Assembly (NCBI GenBank): GCA_964016885.1
Contig: OZ024743.1
Coordinates: 64,232,001-64,296,000, forward strand
Reading direction: 5' to 3'
Length of the DNA stretch: 64,000 nucleotides
Source: Eledone cirrhosa
Lineage: Eukaryota
The position numbers and the translations under genes are program-made. The notes under the pieces are model-generated. The model worked only from the letters and a program-made list of their open reading frames with translations, was not told the DNA's origin and ran no database searches. The first letter of the stretch is position 1; each line of letters starts with the position of its first letter. Positions 37,855 through 51,776 of the stretch are shown in pieces.

Positions 37855-39128
37855 CATCATCGAAACCACCACCAGCACAACCAGCAGCACAACCAGCACC
37901 ACCACCAGCACAACCACCACCACCACCACTACCACCACCACCACTACCACTACCACCACCACCACCACCACCACTACCATCACCACCACTACCACCACCA
38001 CCACCTGCACCACCACCGCCACCACCAGCACCACCACCGCTACCACCACTACCACCAACACCACCACCACCACCACTATCCAAGATAGGTGACATGGTGA
38101 CCGTCTGTCTGCCAAGCGAGACCCTAATCCCCATCGGAAGGAAACGGTCTTCGTGGATTATCTGCGGTCCCTATATTTACTATGAATGAAACCCATGTGG
38201 TCCCTATATTTACTATGAATGAAACCCCTGTGTTCCCTATATTTACTATGAAAGAAACCCCTGTGGTCCCTATATTTACTATGAAGGTAACCCCTGTGGT
38301 CCCTATATTTACTAAGAAGGAAACCCCTTTGGTCCGTATATTTACTACGAAGGAAACCCCCATGGTCCCTATATTATTAAGGGAGCCCCTGTGGTCCCTA
38401 AATTTACTACGAAGAAAACCCCTGTGGTCCCTATATTTACTACGAAGGAAACCCCTGTGGTCCCTATATTTACTAGGAAGGAAACCCTCGTGGTCCCTAT
38501 ATTATTAAGGGAGCCCCTGTGGTCCCTATATTTACTATGAAGGAAACCCCTGTGATCCCTATATTTACTATGAAGGAAACCCCTGTGATCCCTATATTTA
38601 CTATGAAAGAAGCCCCTGTGGTCCCTATATTTACTATGAAGGAAACCCTGTGGTCCCTATATTTACTACGAAGGAAACCCCCGTGGGCGGTGGTGATGGT
38701 GGTGGTGGTGGTGGTGGTGGCGGCGGGAGTAGTGGTAGTGGTGGTGGTGATGGTGGTGAGGGTATTGGCGGTGGTGATGGTAGTGATGGTGGTGGTATTG
38801 GCGGTGGTGATGGTGGTGGTGGTGCTGGTGGGAGTAGTGGTAGTGGTGGTGGTGGTGGTGGTGTTGGTAGTGGTGGTAGTGGTGGTGGTGGTGATGGTAT
38901 TGGCGGTAGAGGTGGTGGTGGTGGTATTGGCGGTGGTGGTGCTGGTGCTGGTGCTGGTGGTACTGTGGTGGTGGTGGTGGTGGTGGTGGTAGTGGTGGTG
39001 GTGATGGTGGTGGTGATGGTACTGTGGTGGTGGTGGTGGTGGTAATGGTGGTAGTGGTGGTCGTGGTGGTGGAGGTGGTAGTGGAAGTGGTGGTGGTGGT
39101 GTTGGTTTTGATGTGGTGGTGGTGGTCA
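37855..39128. repeat. 33-bp minisatellite (38167-38682, ~15 units) enclosed by inverted (CCA)n / (TGG)n tracts
   Basis: GTGGTCCCTATATTTACTATGAAGGAAACCCCT units; (CCA)n 37864-38078, (TGG)n 38683-39126. Confidence 0.92.
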
Positions 39129-39180
39129 TCGTGGGACTATCTATGAATGAATATACATACGGACCTATGGGTTACTTATG

Positions 39181-39222
<42 letters not shown>

Positions 39223-39245
39223 TTAATATAGATGAGATTCTACAG

Positions 39246-39284
39246 GCCTAGAACTGTTTCATACTTTAGAAATCATCAGGAAGC
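39246..39284 (-). ncRNA. Degenerate hammerhead motif next to (TA)n
   Basis: minus: gcttc-CTGATGA-tttctaaagtat-GAAAC-a-GTTC-taggc; stems imperfect. Confidence 0.35.
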
Positions 39285-39760
39285 TGGCTTTCCAAAAATA
39301 AATGTTGTGGTATTTATATCTTTTCAGGTGGTAGGAGAGGGTGGGGAGTGGGATGGGTGGAGGTCATTGGTTGAAAGAAAAGGGAATTCATTAAAAGCTA
39401 ATTCTTTAAAGCTATAGTTTATATTAATAATGGCAGAAAGAATTCTATAAACAAGTTCAGAATGGGGTGTCACTCCTTATTTTTAAGTTTCTCTTAAGCT
39501 AACAATGCCTATATTTCAGGTGTCTATAAGATCGTTGGGGGTCAGTCATGGTTGATTGATTTAAAGAAAAGGGAAATTCTTTAAAAGCTAATTCTTTAAA
39601 GCTCTACTTAGAGTAACAAAGGCCAAGAGAATTCTATAAACCAGTTCAAAATATTGGGTGCCTATCATATCATTATTGTCATATTTCTCTTAAGCTATAT
39701 TTCAGGTGTCAACAGACACATTCACATACACACAACCACACACTCACACACACACACACG

Positions 39761-39812
<52 letters not shown>

Positions 39813-40221
39813 TTTCGTTTCTGAATTTGTTTAGCAAGATTCTTTATCTGAAATCGTGTGTTGAAACCGATATTGTTATACTTTGGGAGGGTCATGTTGC
39901 CAATAAGAAACACACGCACCAGTTGCTTTCACTTCAATTTAATTTAATATATATTTATAAATTTACAAATTTATAAATTTCTGGTTGGTTGGTTGGTTCC
40001 ACAACCAGATAGTTGTTTATATATATATAGTCATAGTTCTTTCGTCACACACTCTGTGACCTCTTCAGTGACTGGGGATTTCTTTCTTCGTTTCTGTGCC
40101 TTTCCTTTCTTCTATCCTACGCCAATTTGTAAATTTATAAATATATATTAAATTAAATTGAAGTGAAAGCAACTGGTGCGTGTGTTTCTTATTGGCAACA
40201 TGACCCTCCCAAAGTATAACA

Positions 40222-40268
<47 letters not shown>

Positions 40269-40304
40269 TAACAAATGGAAACTATATTTATAAAACCATA
40301 TTGA

Positions 40305-40364
40305 TTTATTATACATATTTCAAGGACCACCAAGGCAGATTATGGTGCGCTTTCATCAGATAAA
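40305..40364 (-). ncRNA. Type-I hammerhead (AUA site) in a ~190-bp TA-flanked element related to the PLE 3' end at 42363-42490
   Basis: minus: TTTAT-CTGATGA-AAG.cg.CACCA...TGGTG.gtc.CTT-GAAA-TATGTA-TA-ATAAA. Confidence 0.7.
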
Positions 40365-40551
40365 ATACAATACAGATTAGTTTTATAAATAAATATTGAC
40401 ATACCCTGAAAAAATGCAACCTTAACGGTTGGAGCTTCCTGGATAGAATATATACATATATATATATATATATACATACACATACATATATATACATATA
40501 CATACACATACATATATACACATATATATACACACATATATACATATATAC

Positions 40552-40584
<33 letters not shown>

Positions 40585-40872
40585 CACACATACATACACA
40601 TACACACACAAATATATATATATATACATACATATATACATATACATACGTATATATATATTTGGAACTCTTTTAAACATCTTTTGATCTTATATTATTG
40701 GCAGTATCGGTAGAGGGTCGGGTGCCATGCTTTGCAGCACAGTTACGTCCCTTTATGGACTGAGTTCAAATCCCGCCGAGGTTAACTTTGCCTTTCATCC
40801 TTACGGGATCGATAAAATAAAGTACCAGTAATACACTGGGATAATTGCTGGCCTTGTGCCAAAAGTAGAAAC

Positions 40873-40928
<56 letters not shown>

Positions 40929-41272
40929 CAAAGGAAATGTGGTAAGGAACCAGATGGACCATAACGCACCAGAGTAATAGCCGTCGAAACGGCTTGAGCT
41001 CTGCCGTCGGGGTCATAGTTTTTCATATATATATATATATGCTTTTTACATTCATTTGATTTATTGATTTATTGATTTTTTATCTGAGTGTCCCGAATCT
41101 TCCAGATCGCAATTTTTCGGTCGTATGGTTGATTATAGACTTGTTCTATGTGTGACGGTATTTTAACGATAGTTATAGCTCTGATTTATCTAAATTATTG
41201 AGCCCTCTGCCGCTCATATCGAATTTTGTTTATCGTGAACTCGTGCGCCGATTTTCCGATACTCGATTATTC

Positions 41273-41353
<81 letters not shown>

Positions 41354-41491
41354 TATACATACATATACATATATATATACATATATATATATATACACAT
41401 ACATATAAATATACACATATATATAAACATATACAAATAGATCTACAGAAATACACATATATACACATATACAAAATACATAAACACATAC

Positions 41492-41586
<95 letters not shown>

Positions 41587-41726
41587 CATATACACAGAGA
41601 TATTCACGGTAAGTTGTGGGGTCTATTCTGCATGAAGACCTCAATGTAATCCATATGTTGAAAATGTTGTAGGTTAAGATAAATCCCGGAAAACAATAAA
41701 ACATTAAAAGGAAAACAGAGTCATGA

Positions 41727-42102
41727 TATAAGTTAAAACAATGAAAAAAAAATCAAGTCATTAGAGATATACTTCACTGCTTTACGATCGTTTCTAGATG
41801 ATGATAATACATTGTAGCTATACTTCGTTATTGATCTATGTAAGGTTAGTTACAAAATATCAGATAAAGAGAATATTTACTTACATGCATATCACCAGCT
41901 GTTTTCAAAAGCAGTGCTTTTGAAAACAGCTGGTGATATGCATGTAAGTAAATATTCTCTTTATCTGATATTTTGTAACTAACCTTACATAGATCAATAA
42001 CGAAGTATAGCTACAATGTATTATCATCATCTAGAAACGATCGTAAAGCAGTGAAGTATATCTCTAATGACTTGATTTTTTATTTCATTGTTTTAACTTA
42101 TA
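41727..42102. repeat. ~187-bp-arm near-perfect palindrome, 1-nt centre at 41914, between TA/CA microsatellites
   Basis: ...TTTTCAAAAGCA g TGCTTTTGAAAA... Confidence 0.93.
41915..42050 (+). ncRNA. U3-A8 hammerhead with ~105-nt stem II insertion; mirror copy at 41778-41913(-)
   Basis: TGCTT-TTGAAAA-cagctggtgata...tatcatcatcta-GAAAC-GATC-GTA-AAGCA; 5-bp stem I, palindromic loop III, GUA site; first stem-II pair mismatched. Confidence 0.6.
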
Positions 42103-42126
42103 CATACACACACACACACACACACA

Positions 42127-42176
<50 letters not shown>

Positions 42177-42218
42177 CATACATACATACACACACATACA
42201 TATACACATATATATACA

Positions 42219-42249
<31 letters not shown>

Positions 42250-42257
42250 CACACACG

Positions 42258-42308
<51 letters not shown>

Positions 42309-42320
42309 GTATATACACAC

Positions 42321-42371
<51 letters not shown>

Positions 42372-42411
42372 TATAAATATTAATAAAATAGATGTTCTTT
42401 TGATCAATTAA

Positions 42412-42464
42412 ATTTTATTATACATATTTCAGAGGTAAAACAGTACGTTCTCATCAGACAAAAT
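42412..42464 (-). ncRNA. Hammerhead motif in the PLE 3' terminus
   Basis: minus: ATTTTGT-CTGATGA-gaacgtactgttttacctct-GAAA-TATGTA-TA-ATAAAAT; 7-bp stem I, stem II degenerate. Confidence 0.6.
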
Positions 42465-43185
42465 ATAATGATACATGACATACCCTGAGATGTTAAATGG
42501 TTAAGATTTAATCAAGGTAGTGATAACCTATGAGAAAACTCAACATTTATACCCTAATAATGAGAAAATGCGAAAACGTAATAAATTCAATAGAGAAGGT
42601 ATGAGTAAGAAAAACGTTGCTTTAATGTAACAGTTATAGAGATTTTAAAATGTGGGATACTACAAATTATGTTTATCGAGGAAGACGTCTCTGGAATTAT
42701 AATTTTATTACAGTTTATGAAGGCAACTGATAGATGATTAAAGAGAGGGAGAGATAAAGGGGAGTAATTTATGCAGAAAATTGTTTTCCCCCTTTAGGAC
42801 TAAGCGGTTAATTTTCAAAATATTTGATTTATGTTATTTTAGGGTGAAGAATCAAAATTTTAAGTTTTTAAAAGTTGATGGTTATTTATATTTATTAATT
42901 TTATAGATTTTATAAATTTTTTAAATGTGTTACATTTCTAAAATTCTGAATTTTATGAAAACAAAATTAAAGGATTTACTAGGCCCGCGAAAGAGAAATA
43001 TACACTGTTGAATATCACCTTAACAGTAATCTTTAACAAAAATTACCTATAAGAGTGTCAACATTTTCGGTATGTAAAATTTATGAAGTACTTATTGTTA
43101 GAAATATCGAAAACTTTATTGTCAAGTAGATACATTGTCTAAAGAATAATGATTAACGCAGAGTTTTCAACCATATATATATATA

Positions 43186-44246
43186 CCAGATAGAAAAATG
43201 CGTACAGCAACAAAAAGTAATATTGTTGGAATATAGACCTTTAAAAATACAGGACAAGAAACTAAAATAAAACTTTAAAAGAATAGGACAAGAAACTAAG
43301 ATAAAACTTTAAAAGAATAGGACAAGAAACTAAGATAAAACTTTAAAGAATTGGACAAGAAATAAAAAATTTTACAATAATATTAGTGGCAAAATTTTTA
43401 TTGGTAAAAAATCGAGTTCCACATTCATAGGCTCTGGGTTCCACATTCAGTGGTCGTCGTCAGACCGGGGGGATCATTTGATCCTGGTTTGAACACCAAT
43501 TGGGCCATAACCATACCCCTATTTCATCATTCGGCGACACGCCTCATGTGTCATGCATAGTGTGAATGGACCCATGGGCCCATGAGCACAGATTTTGAGC
43601 AGCAGCGGACGGTCTTGTCGTCCCGCTCATCCTTGATCTTGACCAACCCGTCCATCTTCTCCTTGCATCTTATCCTTGAGTTCAAGTCCGGCAGTCCAGA
43701 TGAATGCGTCCCACAGCTTTCTGGTACAGGAAGGGGGAGCAGGAGGACTGGAGGGATGACGGGACAGAGGGAGGGAGGACCGGTGGTTGAGGGAGGTGCC
43801 GTTGTCGGTGGTCAGAGTCGACATCTTGTCCCGGTCGTCTTCTCCATCTTCGTCTGGTGTTGTGGGACCAGAAGTGCATTCTTGGAGGAGACCTGCAGCT
43901 GCATCGGCCAATTCTTCTTGCAATGGTCATTCTGACGGAGCAGAACTGCTCAGCCAACCAACCCCAACCAGAACCAACCGCTCAGGGGCAACGCACAATG
44001 AGAGCATGACAATTATTATGCACTAATCAAGAAAATACTGGGGCATAGCACAGGAAACGAATAAAACAATTTTGCCACTAATATTATTGTAAATTTTTTT
44101 TTTTTCTTGTCCAATTCTTTAAAGTTTTATCTTATTTTCTTGTCCTATTCTTTTAAAGTTTTATTTTAGTTTCTTGTCCTGTATTTTTAAAGGTTTATAT
44201 TCCAACAATATTACTTTTGTTTGCTGTACGCATTTTTCTATCTGGT
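43186..44246. repeat. ~180-210-bp inverted repeats enclosing a GC-rich ~650-bp segment
   Basis: 43186-43397 vs 44068-44246 reverse-complementary, with internal 33-bp subrepeats GGACAAGAAACTAAGATAAAACTTTAAAAGAATA. Confidence 0.85.
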
Positions 44247-45880
44247 CTACTATTTTTTAAGGCAATGCAAGCAACAACTATCTAATAATTAAATGATCAT
44301 AGTGAATTACTGACAAGTGATTGACATTTTAAAGTTCTTTTGAGTATAATTGCAATCTAGTTGAGGCAACTGGCTTAATGACAAAGCTAGTAAATCATGA
44401 ATGCATTTGAGATGATTAGTGCATAATAGTGAATTGGTGAAACTTGTGCATTTCAATGGTGTTACAACAATAGATGTAAGTTATATAGTAGTAATACTTT
44501 ATCATTTTAACTTTTTAGAATGGACAAAAACCCATGCAAAGAAATGACTTTGACTGCAGTGATCCTCTCCAATTTACTTACAAAGCAAAACGTAGTCAAA
44601 TACCTTATCATCTCTGATAAAATGCCCATTGAATCACTGAAAATCGGATGCATGGAATTCCTCATAAAATGCACCTATGAATCGGAAGCCATCACATATA
44701 TCAATGGATATAGGAAGTTGTTCACACTGGAAGACCATCACTTCATTTGTGACTTCATCAGTTATCTCCACGATTATCTCAGACACCCAATGCCATTGAT
44801 GAAAGGTGATCCGATGTGTGAGCATGTAACTAATCTTATAGAAGTTGTTATCGACCACCTGTCTTTTAGTGACATTTGACTGATTTGACTGATAATGATG
44901 TATTTTTAAAAAGTATGTGTACATTCTTGTTACTATTTTAAGGCAATGCAAGCAACAACTATTTAATAAAATTTAAATTTAAAAATGACCATTGTGCATT
45001 ACTAGTATGATGACATTTTATTAAGTCACAAAATTAGTCAGTCAGCCATAGAACAAGGATCAGGTGGCAAAAACATTGGCAAAAATTTGTGTCAATTTAA
45101 GATTTCCAACATTGTTCAAATGAATCATATCTGGTTTGAAGTCAGATTTGTCAAATTTTGACCAATTTTCAATGTTGTGAAGATTGGGCAAGTTCAATTT
45201 TTGAATCATTTCTTTCATGCAGTAATTAAACTTTTCCAAACGTCGTCATTTCTGGATTACCTCCCCTAGCGTCACGCTTACTACTCACTCACTTGAACAC
45301 AAGATTTATCAGCAAACTTTGATTATAAACTTTTTCCCGCTGGACCAAATTTCTAGATTTTTAAGCCAAAAGATGCGTAATGATCTACTGTTCATGCTCA
45401 TATAAGTTTTATCTCAGTTAAATAAAGTAGAGCCGCGCTGTACTGTCGTAAACAGACGATTGCCAACGAAAACAAGACCACAACAATATTACTAAACGGA
45501 CTACCGTCCGTTTAGGATATATGTGCATTTATCGTAATAAATTAATATTTATTATATATTAAATCACTATATTAGTTCTACCTTCATGGGAGGAATGAAA
45601 CCTAAATAATGGATATGTTATTGTACAATATATCTATATTTGCACAAACTATATATAGCGTTAAACCGAAACGGTAATTATGATTAAGTTATTATATATT
45701 ATACATATAGATGTAAAAAGCCAAATGCAGAGATATACGAAAGTAATAATATGATTTTGCTATTATACAATATATACATATTTGCAAAAAAATTAGGTAT
45801 ACAGAGATATACTAAGTATTAATGAGACAGTATACTTTTGGTAAATGATAACGTTTATAATCTTATATAATAGATTCATA

Positions 45881-46323
45881 CATGCAAAGGTTATATACAT
45901 ACATATATATAAAATAGTGTAAACGCATGAATGATTCCCAGTTCAAAATAAGGTCCGTAAAAATTTACAGGTTGGATATTTGAACTATATTTAAAACATA
46001 TATAGAAAAATAAAGATAGGTATACTTAAAAACATGCAAAAGTTAAATACATATATATAAATAAAGGAGTGTAAACGCATGAATGATTCACAGTTCAAAA
46101 TAAGGTCCGTAAAAATTTACAGGTTGGATATTTGAACTATATTTAAAACATATATAGAAAAATAAAGATAGGTATACTTAAAAACATGCAAAAGTTAAAT
46201 ACATATATATAAATAAAGAAGTGTAAACGCATGAATGATTCACAGTTCAAAATAAGGTCCGTAAAAATTTACAGGTTGGATATTTGAACTATATTTAAAA
46301 CATAGATAGAAAAATAAAGATAG
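45881..46323. repeat. 152-bp tandem repeat, ~3 copies, in the PLE 3' UTR
   Basis: CATGCAAA starts at 45881, 46033, 46185. Confidence 0.9.
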
Positions 46324-46508
46324 AGAAATAATGGCATGGATCAAAGTTAATAATATTATGTTATGTATATCAACGTGTCGGCATGTTATTAAACAAGTGT
46401 CATTCAAACGTTATTTCTTTTAAAGACAGTTATAAGATAAAGCAATATTAAAGGCCATTAAGATTTTCAACTGTTGATTATGTACGTCTAAAAACCAAGT
46501 TTAGTTGC

Positions 46509-47245
46509 TTAGTGTTTTTTCCTGGTCTTATGGGAGGCTTGAAATGTAGACAAGGCTTTATGAAGGCAATTAGAGAATAATTCACTTTTTTTGTTAATTA
46601 AGGTCTCATAATTATTAATAATCAACAGGGTCTCCATTGTACAAAGCGCGCAGTTACTTGATATACTTGAGTTGCGGTAAATTCCACTATTCCGAAGTTT
46701 CGTCCAAAAAATGGAGTATTTTAAATTCTTCTCTTTTAATGACCATATAAGCTGTGATAAAGAAGTGGATGATTTCCTCTTGGAGTTCGAAAATGAGCAT
46801 TTATGGTTCGCAAATCTGGCTTTAAATGTAGAAGAAGTCGATCCTATGTAGTTGTATGTGTTGTAATCAATTTTTACGGTGCATTTATACACCAAATTAC
46901 TATCTAAACAATTATTTTGCAGAGGGCAATCAATTTTATTTCTACAATTACATTTTGGTTTATTATCATTTATGTTAACGCTATTATTAAGATCATTATG
47001 CTGATTCTGCTTTAGAATTTTAGTGTTTAATTTAGCAATGTTTTGGGCCATATTCATAGTTGTAGAATAAGACAATTTAATGGTGTGTCTATTAAAAATG
47101 GAATGGTATTTATGTTGAGTAGGGAAAGAGGTGTCCAAAGCATTAAAGAATAATTTTGTAATTGGTGTTCTAACTGCTACCGAAGCGGGGGGGGGGGGGA
47201 CAAACCATATGACTGATTTAGTTCTAGTTCTTTTCCTCAGTTTGT
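46509..47245 (-). CDS. Penelope-like element ORF C-terminus: linker, Cys motif and GIY-YIG endonuclease (5'-truncated)
   Basis: IWFVPP...IFNRHTIKLSYS...CNCR...CPLQNNC...LVYKC...YIGST...FKARFANH...CALCTME...LINKKSELFSNCLH; open upstream of the track start to a stop at the truncation junction. Confidence 0.88.
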
Positions 47246-47381
47246 TTCAAAAGAACATCTATTTTATTAATATTTATATTTTAATATTAATAACTCTGGA
47301 AAATATTTTTTTGTAGAGTGCTTCCAATCTAATGTAAAACTTATTCTTTGATGTACTCATTGAATCTTGTTTAACTCTTTA

Positions 47382-47471
<90 letters not shown>

Positions 47472-47516
47472 ATGTATATATATATATTAAAAGAGTTAAA
47501 CAAGATTCAATGAGTA

Positions 47517-47613
<97 letters not shown>

Positions 47614-47629
47614 TACACATATACATACT

Positions 47630-47661
<32 letters not shown>

Positions 47662-47713
47662 CATATATACACATATACATACTTATATATATATACATAT
47701 ATACATATACATA

Positions 47714-47845
<132 letters not shown>

Positions 47846-48237
47846 GTGTGTGTGTGTGTAGACCGAATGTCGCCATATTGTTGATACCTATAAGATATTT
47901 TATTAAGAAAATTCACTACCACTACCACTGGCACCAACACTACAGAAGACACCACCACTACAACCATCACTACCACCACCACCATCACAACCACCACCAC
48001 CGCCGCCAAACAAAAGCAAAATGTCCACTTAGTAAAGATTTATTATGTCAGATTATCTTCTCGAACAGACATACATATATACATACATACACACATACAT
48101 ACGTACATATATATGTACATGCATATATACATACATACATATACATACATATACATACATAGATACACATACATACATACATACATACATACATACATAC
48201 ATACATACATACATACATACATACATACATACATACA

Positions 48238-48268
<31 letters not shown>

Positions 48269-50002
48269 GATGGCTGCCCCCTCGTTATCGAGTATGGACA
48301 TTGCACAATATAACATTATTAATGATAATTAATTAATTTTATCGTGCAATGCCTGTGCGTGAAGATCTTTTTTAAAGTGAGGACTGTGCGCTGAGCCAAT
48401 CCCACTCTCTGGGCGACAGTAGCTATAACTCGAAAAGAAGAAAAGATCAACATCATCGGCAACTACTAAGCCGCAGATTTTATATCGGAGTTATCCCAGT
48501 TTCCTGAGTTCCCTTCCCCTAGAAGAATGCCTTGACAAAGGCTAGGTGTCCTTCACTCCCAGTGGTTTAACCGCGCGATCGGGTGTCCAGCCTTACTATC
48601 TCTATGTCCTCGCACATATACATACACATGCAACCATGCATAAACACATATACATATACACACATATGTACATGTGTATATACATATTTACACACTTTTG
48701 GATGGCCGTTGACTCTTATTAGTTCTTCCGCCCTTTGTCAGGTTTTGTTTTTTGTCCTGCAGGGTGTGCAAAATCCCCCTCTTCGCCAAGTAAACTTTGT
48801 GAGGTTGCCAGTTTAGTCACCGACGACCCGACCCTGCGACAGGTTGTGCTGGGTTAGATGTTACCAGTAGCACTCGAGAGTGGCCAGACATACATTCATA
48901 CATACATGCATCCATACATATAGATACAAACATTCATACATACAAGCATATATACATACATACAAACATACATACATACATATATACATACAAACATACA
49001 TACATACATATATACATACAAACATACATACGTACATATATACATACAAACATACATACATCTTCTTCAATCACCCCTCCTCAGTCAGCACCGTTACATA
49101 TTTACCCCCCCCCCCCCCCCGAAGAAAATAACACTAACCTCGGCGTGGTTTGAACTCAGCACCTAAATACTCCAATTCTTAACAATTAACATATATTGCA
49201 AATGTAGAGAACAGGGACCCGAGAAGTATCCGAGTACCTTAAAAACTGAATCACCAGGTAATCTTGATGCATGCCTTCCCACCTTGCTTCAAACACCAGG
49301 AAAATCAGGGGGGTTAGGTCGTTTATCCAAAATATATTCATCCCTATTAGTTCTCATCCAGGGCCAGGACTAGGGCTGGTGCTACCATTAAGGCCAACTA
49401 GGCAGCCGTCTTAGGCACAGTTCTCAGAGAAGCGCTTTACTGAACCTTAAAGGGTCATTATTTTCAACAAATTTCTAAATTAATTAAAATATATATTGTT
49501 ATATTTGGGCAAGGTCATGCTGTTCTAATATTGTTTCTACTTTTGGCACAAGGACAGCAATTATTCCAGTGTATTACTGGTACTTGATTTTATCGACCCC
49601 GTAAGGATGAAAGGCAAAGTTAATCTCGGCGGGATTTGAACTCAGACCATAAAAGGCCGTAACTCTTTGCTGCAAAGTATGGCGTCCGACTCTCTACCGA
49701 TATTGCCAATTCACCGCCCTCTCTTCTAATATTGCCAGAAAAATATAGTAAAACACACTCACTGTTTCTATAAATAATTTAGCTGGCAATCAATATCATT
49801 GATTGTCCAACAGTCAAAGAAAAGATAAATATAAATCTATAATTTCCTGGGGCACATAACTGAGAAGAGGGTGCAGATTGTAGGACCTGACAAGGGTAGT
49901 AAATCCCCGGGAGTTCTTGGAAGATGGAACATCTGATCTAAGAAACCTTCTGTCCCTTCCACAAGGAGACAACATAAATCTCCTCTCTTTCTTTTTCCTC
50001 TT

Positions 50003-50128
<126 letters not shown>

Positions 50129-50219
50129 GGGATATTTTCTTTAATTTCTTTAGTCAAAATACGGCGATAGCTTATATTTATAATTTCAAACTCGCTCGCT
50201 GTTTCGAAAATATTCTTAC

Positions 50220-50294
<75 letters not shown>

Positions 50295-50350
50295 TCAAAA
50301 TAGGGAGCGCACAGGATACATACATAATACATACTTACACACACACACAT

Positions 50351-50464
<114 letters not shown>

Positions 50465-50485
50465 ATATATATATATACATATATC

Positions 50486-50547
<62 letters not shown>

Positions 50548-50550
50548 CAC

Positions 50551-50582
<32 letters not shown>

Positions 50583-51015
50583 ATATATATATGTGTGTGT
50601 GTGTATGTATGTATTATGTTTGTATCCTGTGCGCTCCCTATTTTGAATTTATATTCTATAGCCATGCGGGCATTTTAAAAAATATTATACAATAGACATC
50701 ACACCGCCCTGTCTGTTTTCCCCTATTTTCCCTTCTTACCTTTTCTACACCTCAGTGTCCTTCGTTGGACAACTGTCCTTATTATCTTTTACTATTTCTC
50801 TCCTTTCTATATTTCTCTTCCTTGGATAAGCCCTTGTGCACTCTATATTTGTGTAATTAGGCATAATTTGTCTCTATCTGTTTTGTACACTGGGATAAAG
50901 GTATCGACCTTAAATAACCGAAACTGTAGTGATTTCCAGAGGTTGACTGAGGAGATGGGACTGTCCGTCTTTCCATTATTTTTTTTCATTGTCTTTGTCC
51001 TGTGTGCTCCTTATT

Positions 51016-51082
<67 letters not shown>

Positions 51083-51093
51083 AGTGTGTGTGT

Positions 51094-51130
<37 letters not shown>

Positions 51131-51239
51131 TTTTTTCTCGCACAAACACACTCTTTCTTTCTCTCACTCTCTCCCCCACACACACACACTCTCTCTCCCT
51201 ATCTCCCTCCCTCCCTCTCTCTCTCCCTCTCTCTCTCCC

Positions 51240-51272
<33 letters not shown>

Positions 51273-51776
51273 TATGCCAACACTACCACCATCTCTACTG
51301 TGCTATATTTAACTTTCTTTCCAGTTGAAATTATTTTATTTGGTTGAATGGGGCGCATAACTGAGAAGAAGGTGCATGTTTTAGTACTAGACTAGAGCTC
51401 TAAATCCCCAGGAACCGTCTTTTTACACCTCCCGTTTCAATGTAGTACCAAAAGAAGGTTATAAGAGTTTAGTCGAAGAGGAAAAGTCATATCCGAACTG
51501 AAAGCTCTTCCGAAAATTATATTCAATACATTCTCATCAACATTCAGATTGTAAGCCTCAAGCTTCACTCACTGATCTTCTGGTTACACTCCAAATATCT
51601 ATCGTCCTCCCTCACTCAGTGAGTGCACGGCGACACTCCAGAAGCGAAGCACCCCTCCCCCCTCACTCCATTTATCTCCACTTTACATAGAACTGTGACT
51701 CAGTTAAAGATATAGACAGATAGATAGGTAGGTCGGTAGGTAGGTAGGTAAGTAGGTAGGTAGATAGATAGATGTA

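Larger units (their letters stand above)
42363..47287 (-). mobile_element. 5'-truncated Penelope-like element in (TA)n, with a short inverted terminal copy and probably an unrelated insert at ~43186-45510
   Basis: 42363-42402 is the reverse complement of 47248-47287; GIY-YIG ORF; hammerhead near the 3' end. Confidence 0.7.

Noticed and set aside
38167-38682. CRISPR-like array or repeat-protein ORFs
   Set aside because: Spacerless 33-bp tandem; ORFs on both strands arise from the triplet-multiple period
37806-39129. Pro-, His-, Gly- and Val-rich ORFs
   Set aside because: Translations of (CCA)n/(TGG)n tracts, open in most frames; no splice or domain support
39840-39885. CTGAAAT...GAAAC motif in the 9855 family
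   Set aside because: Core and stems do not fit the hammerhead consensus
46395-46478. Minus-strand TTGAAAA...GAAA just 3' of the PLE ORF
   Set aside because: Stem I and the NUH site are not satisfied
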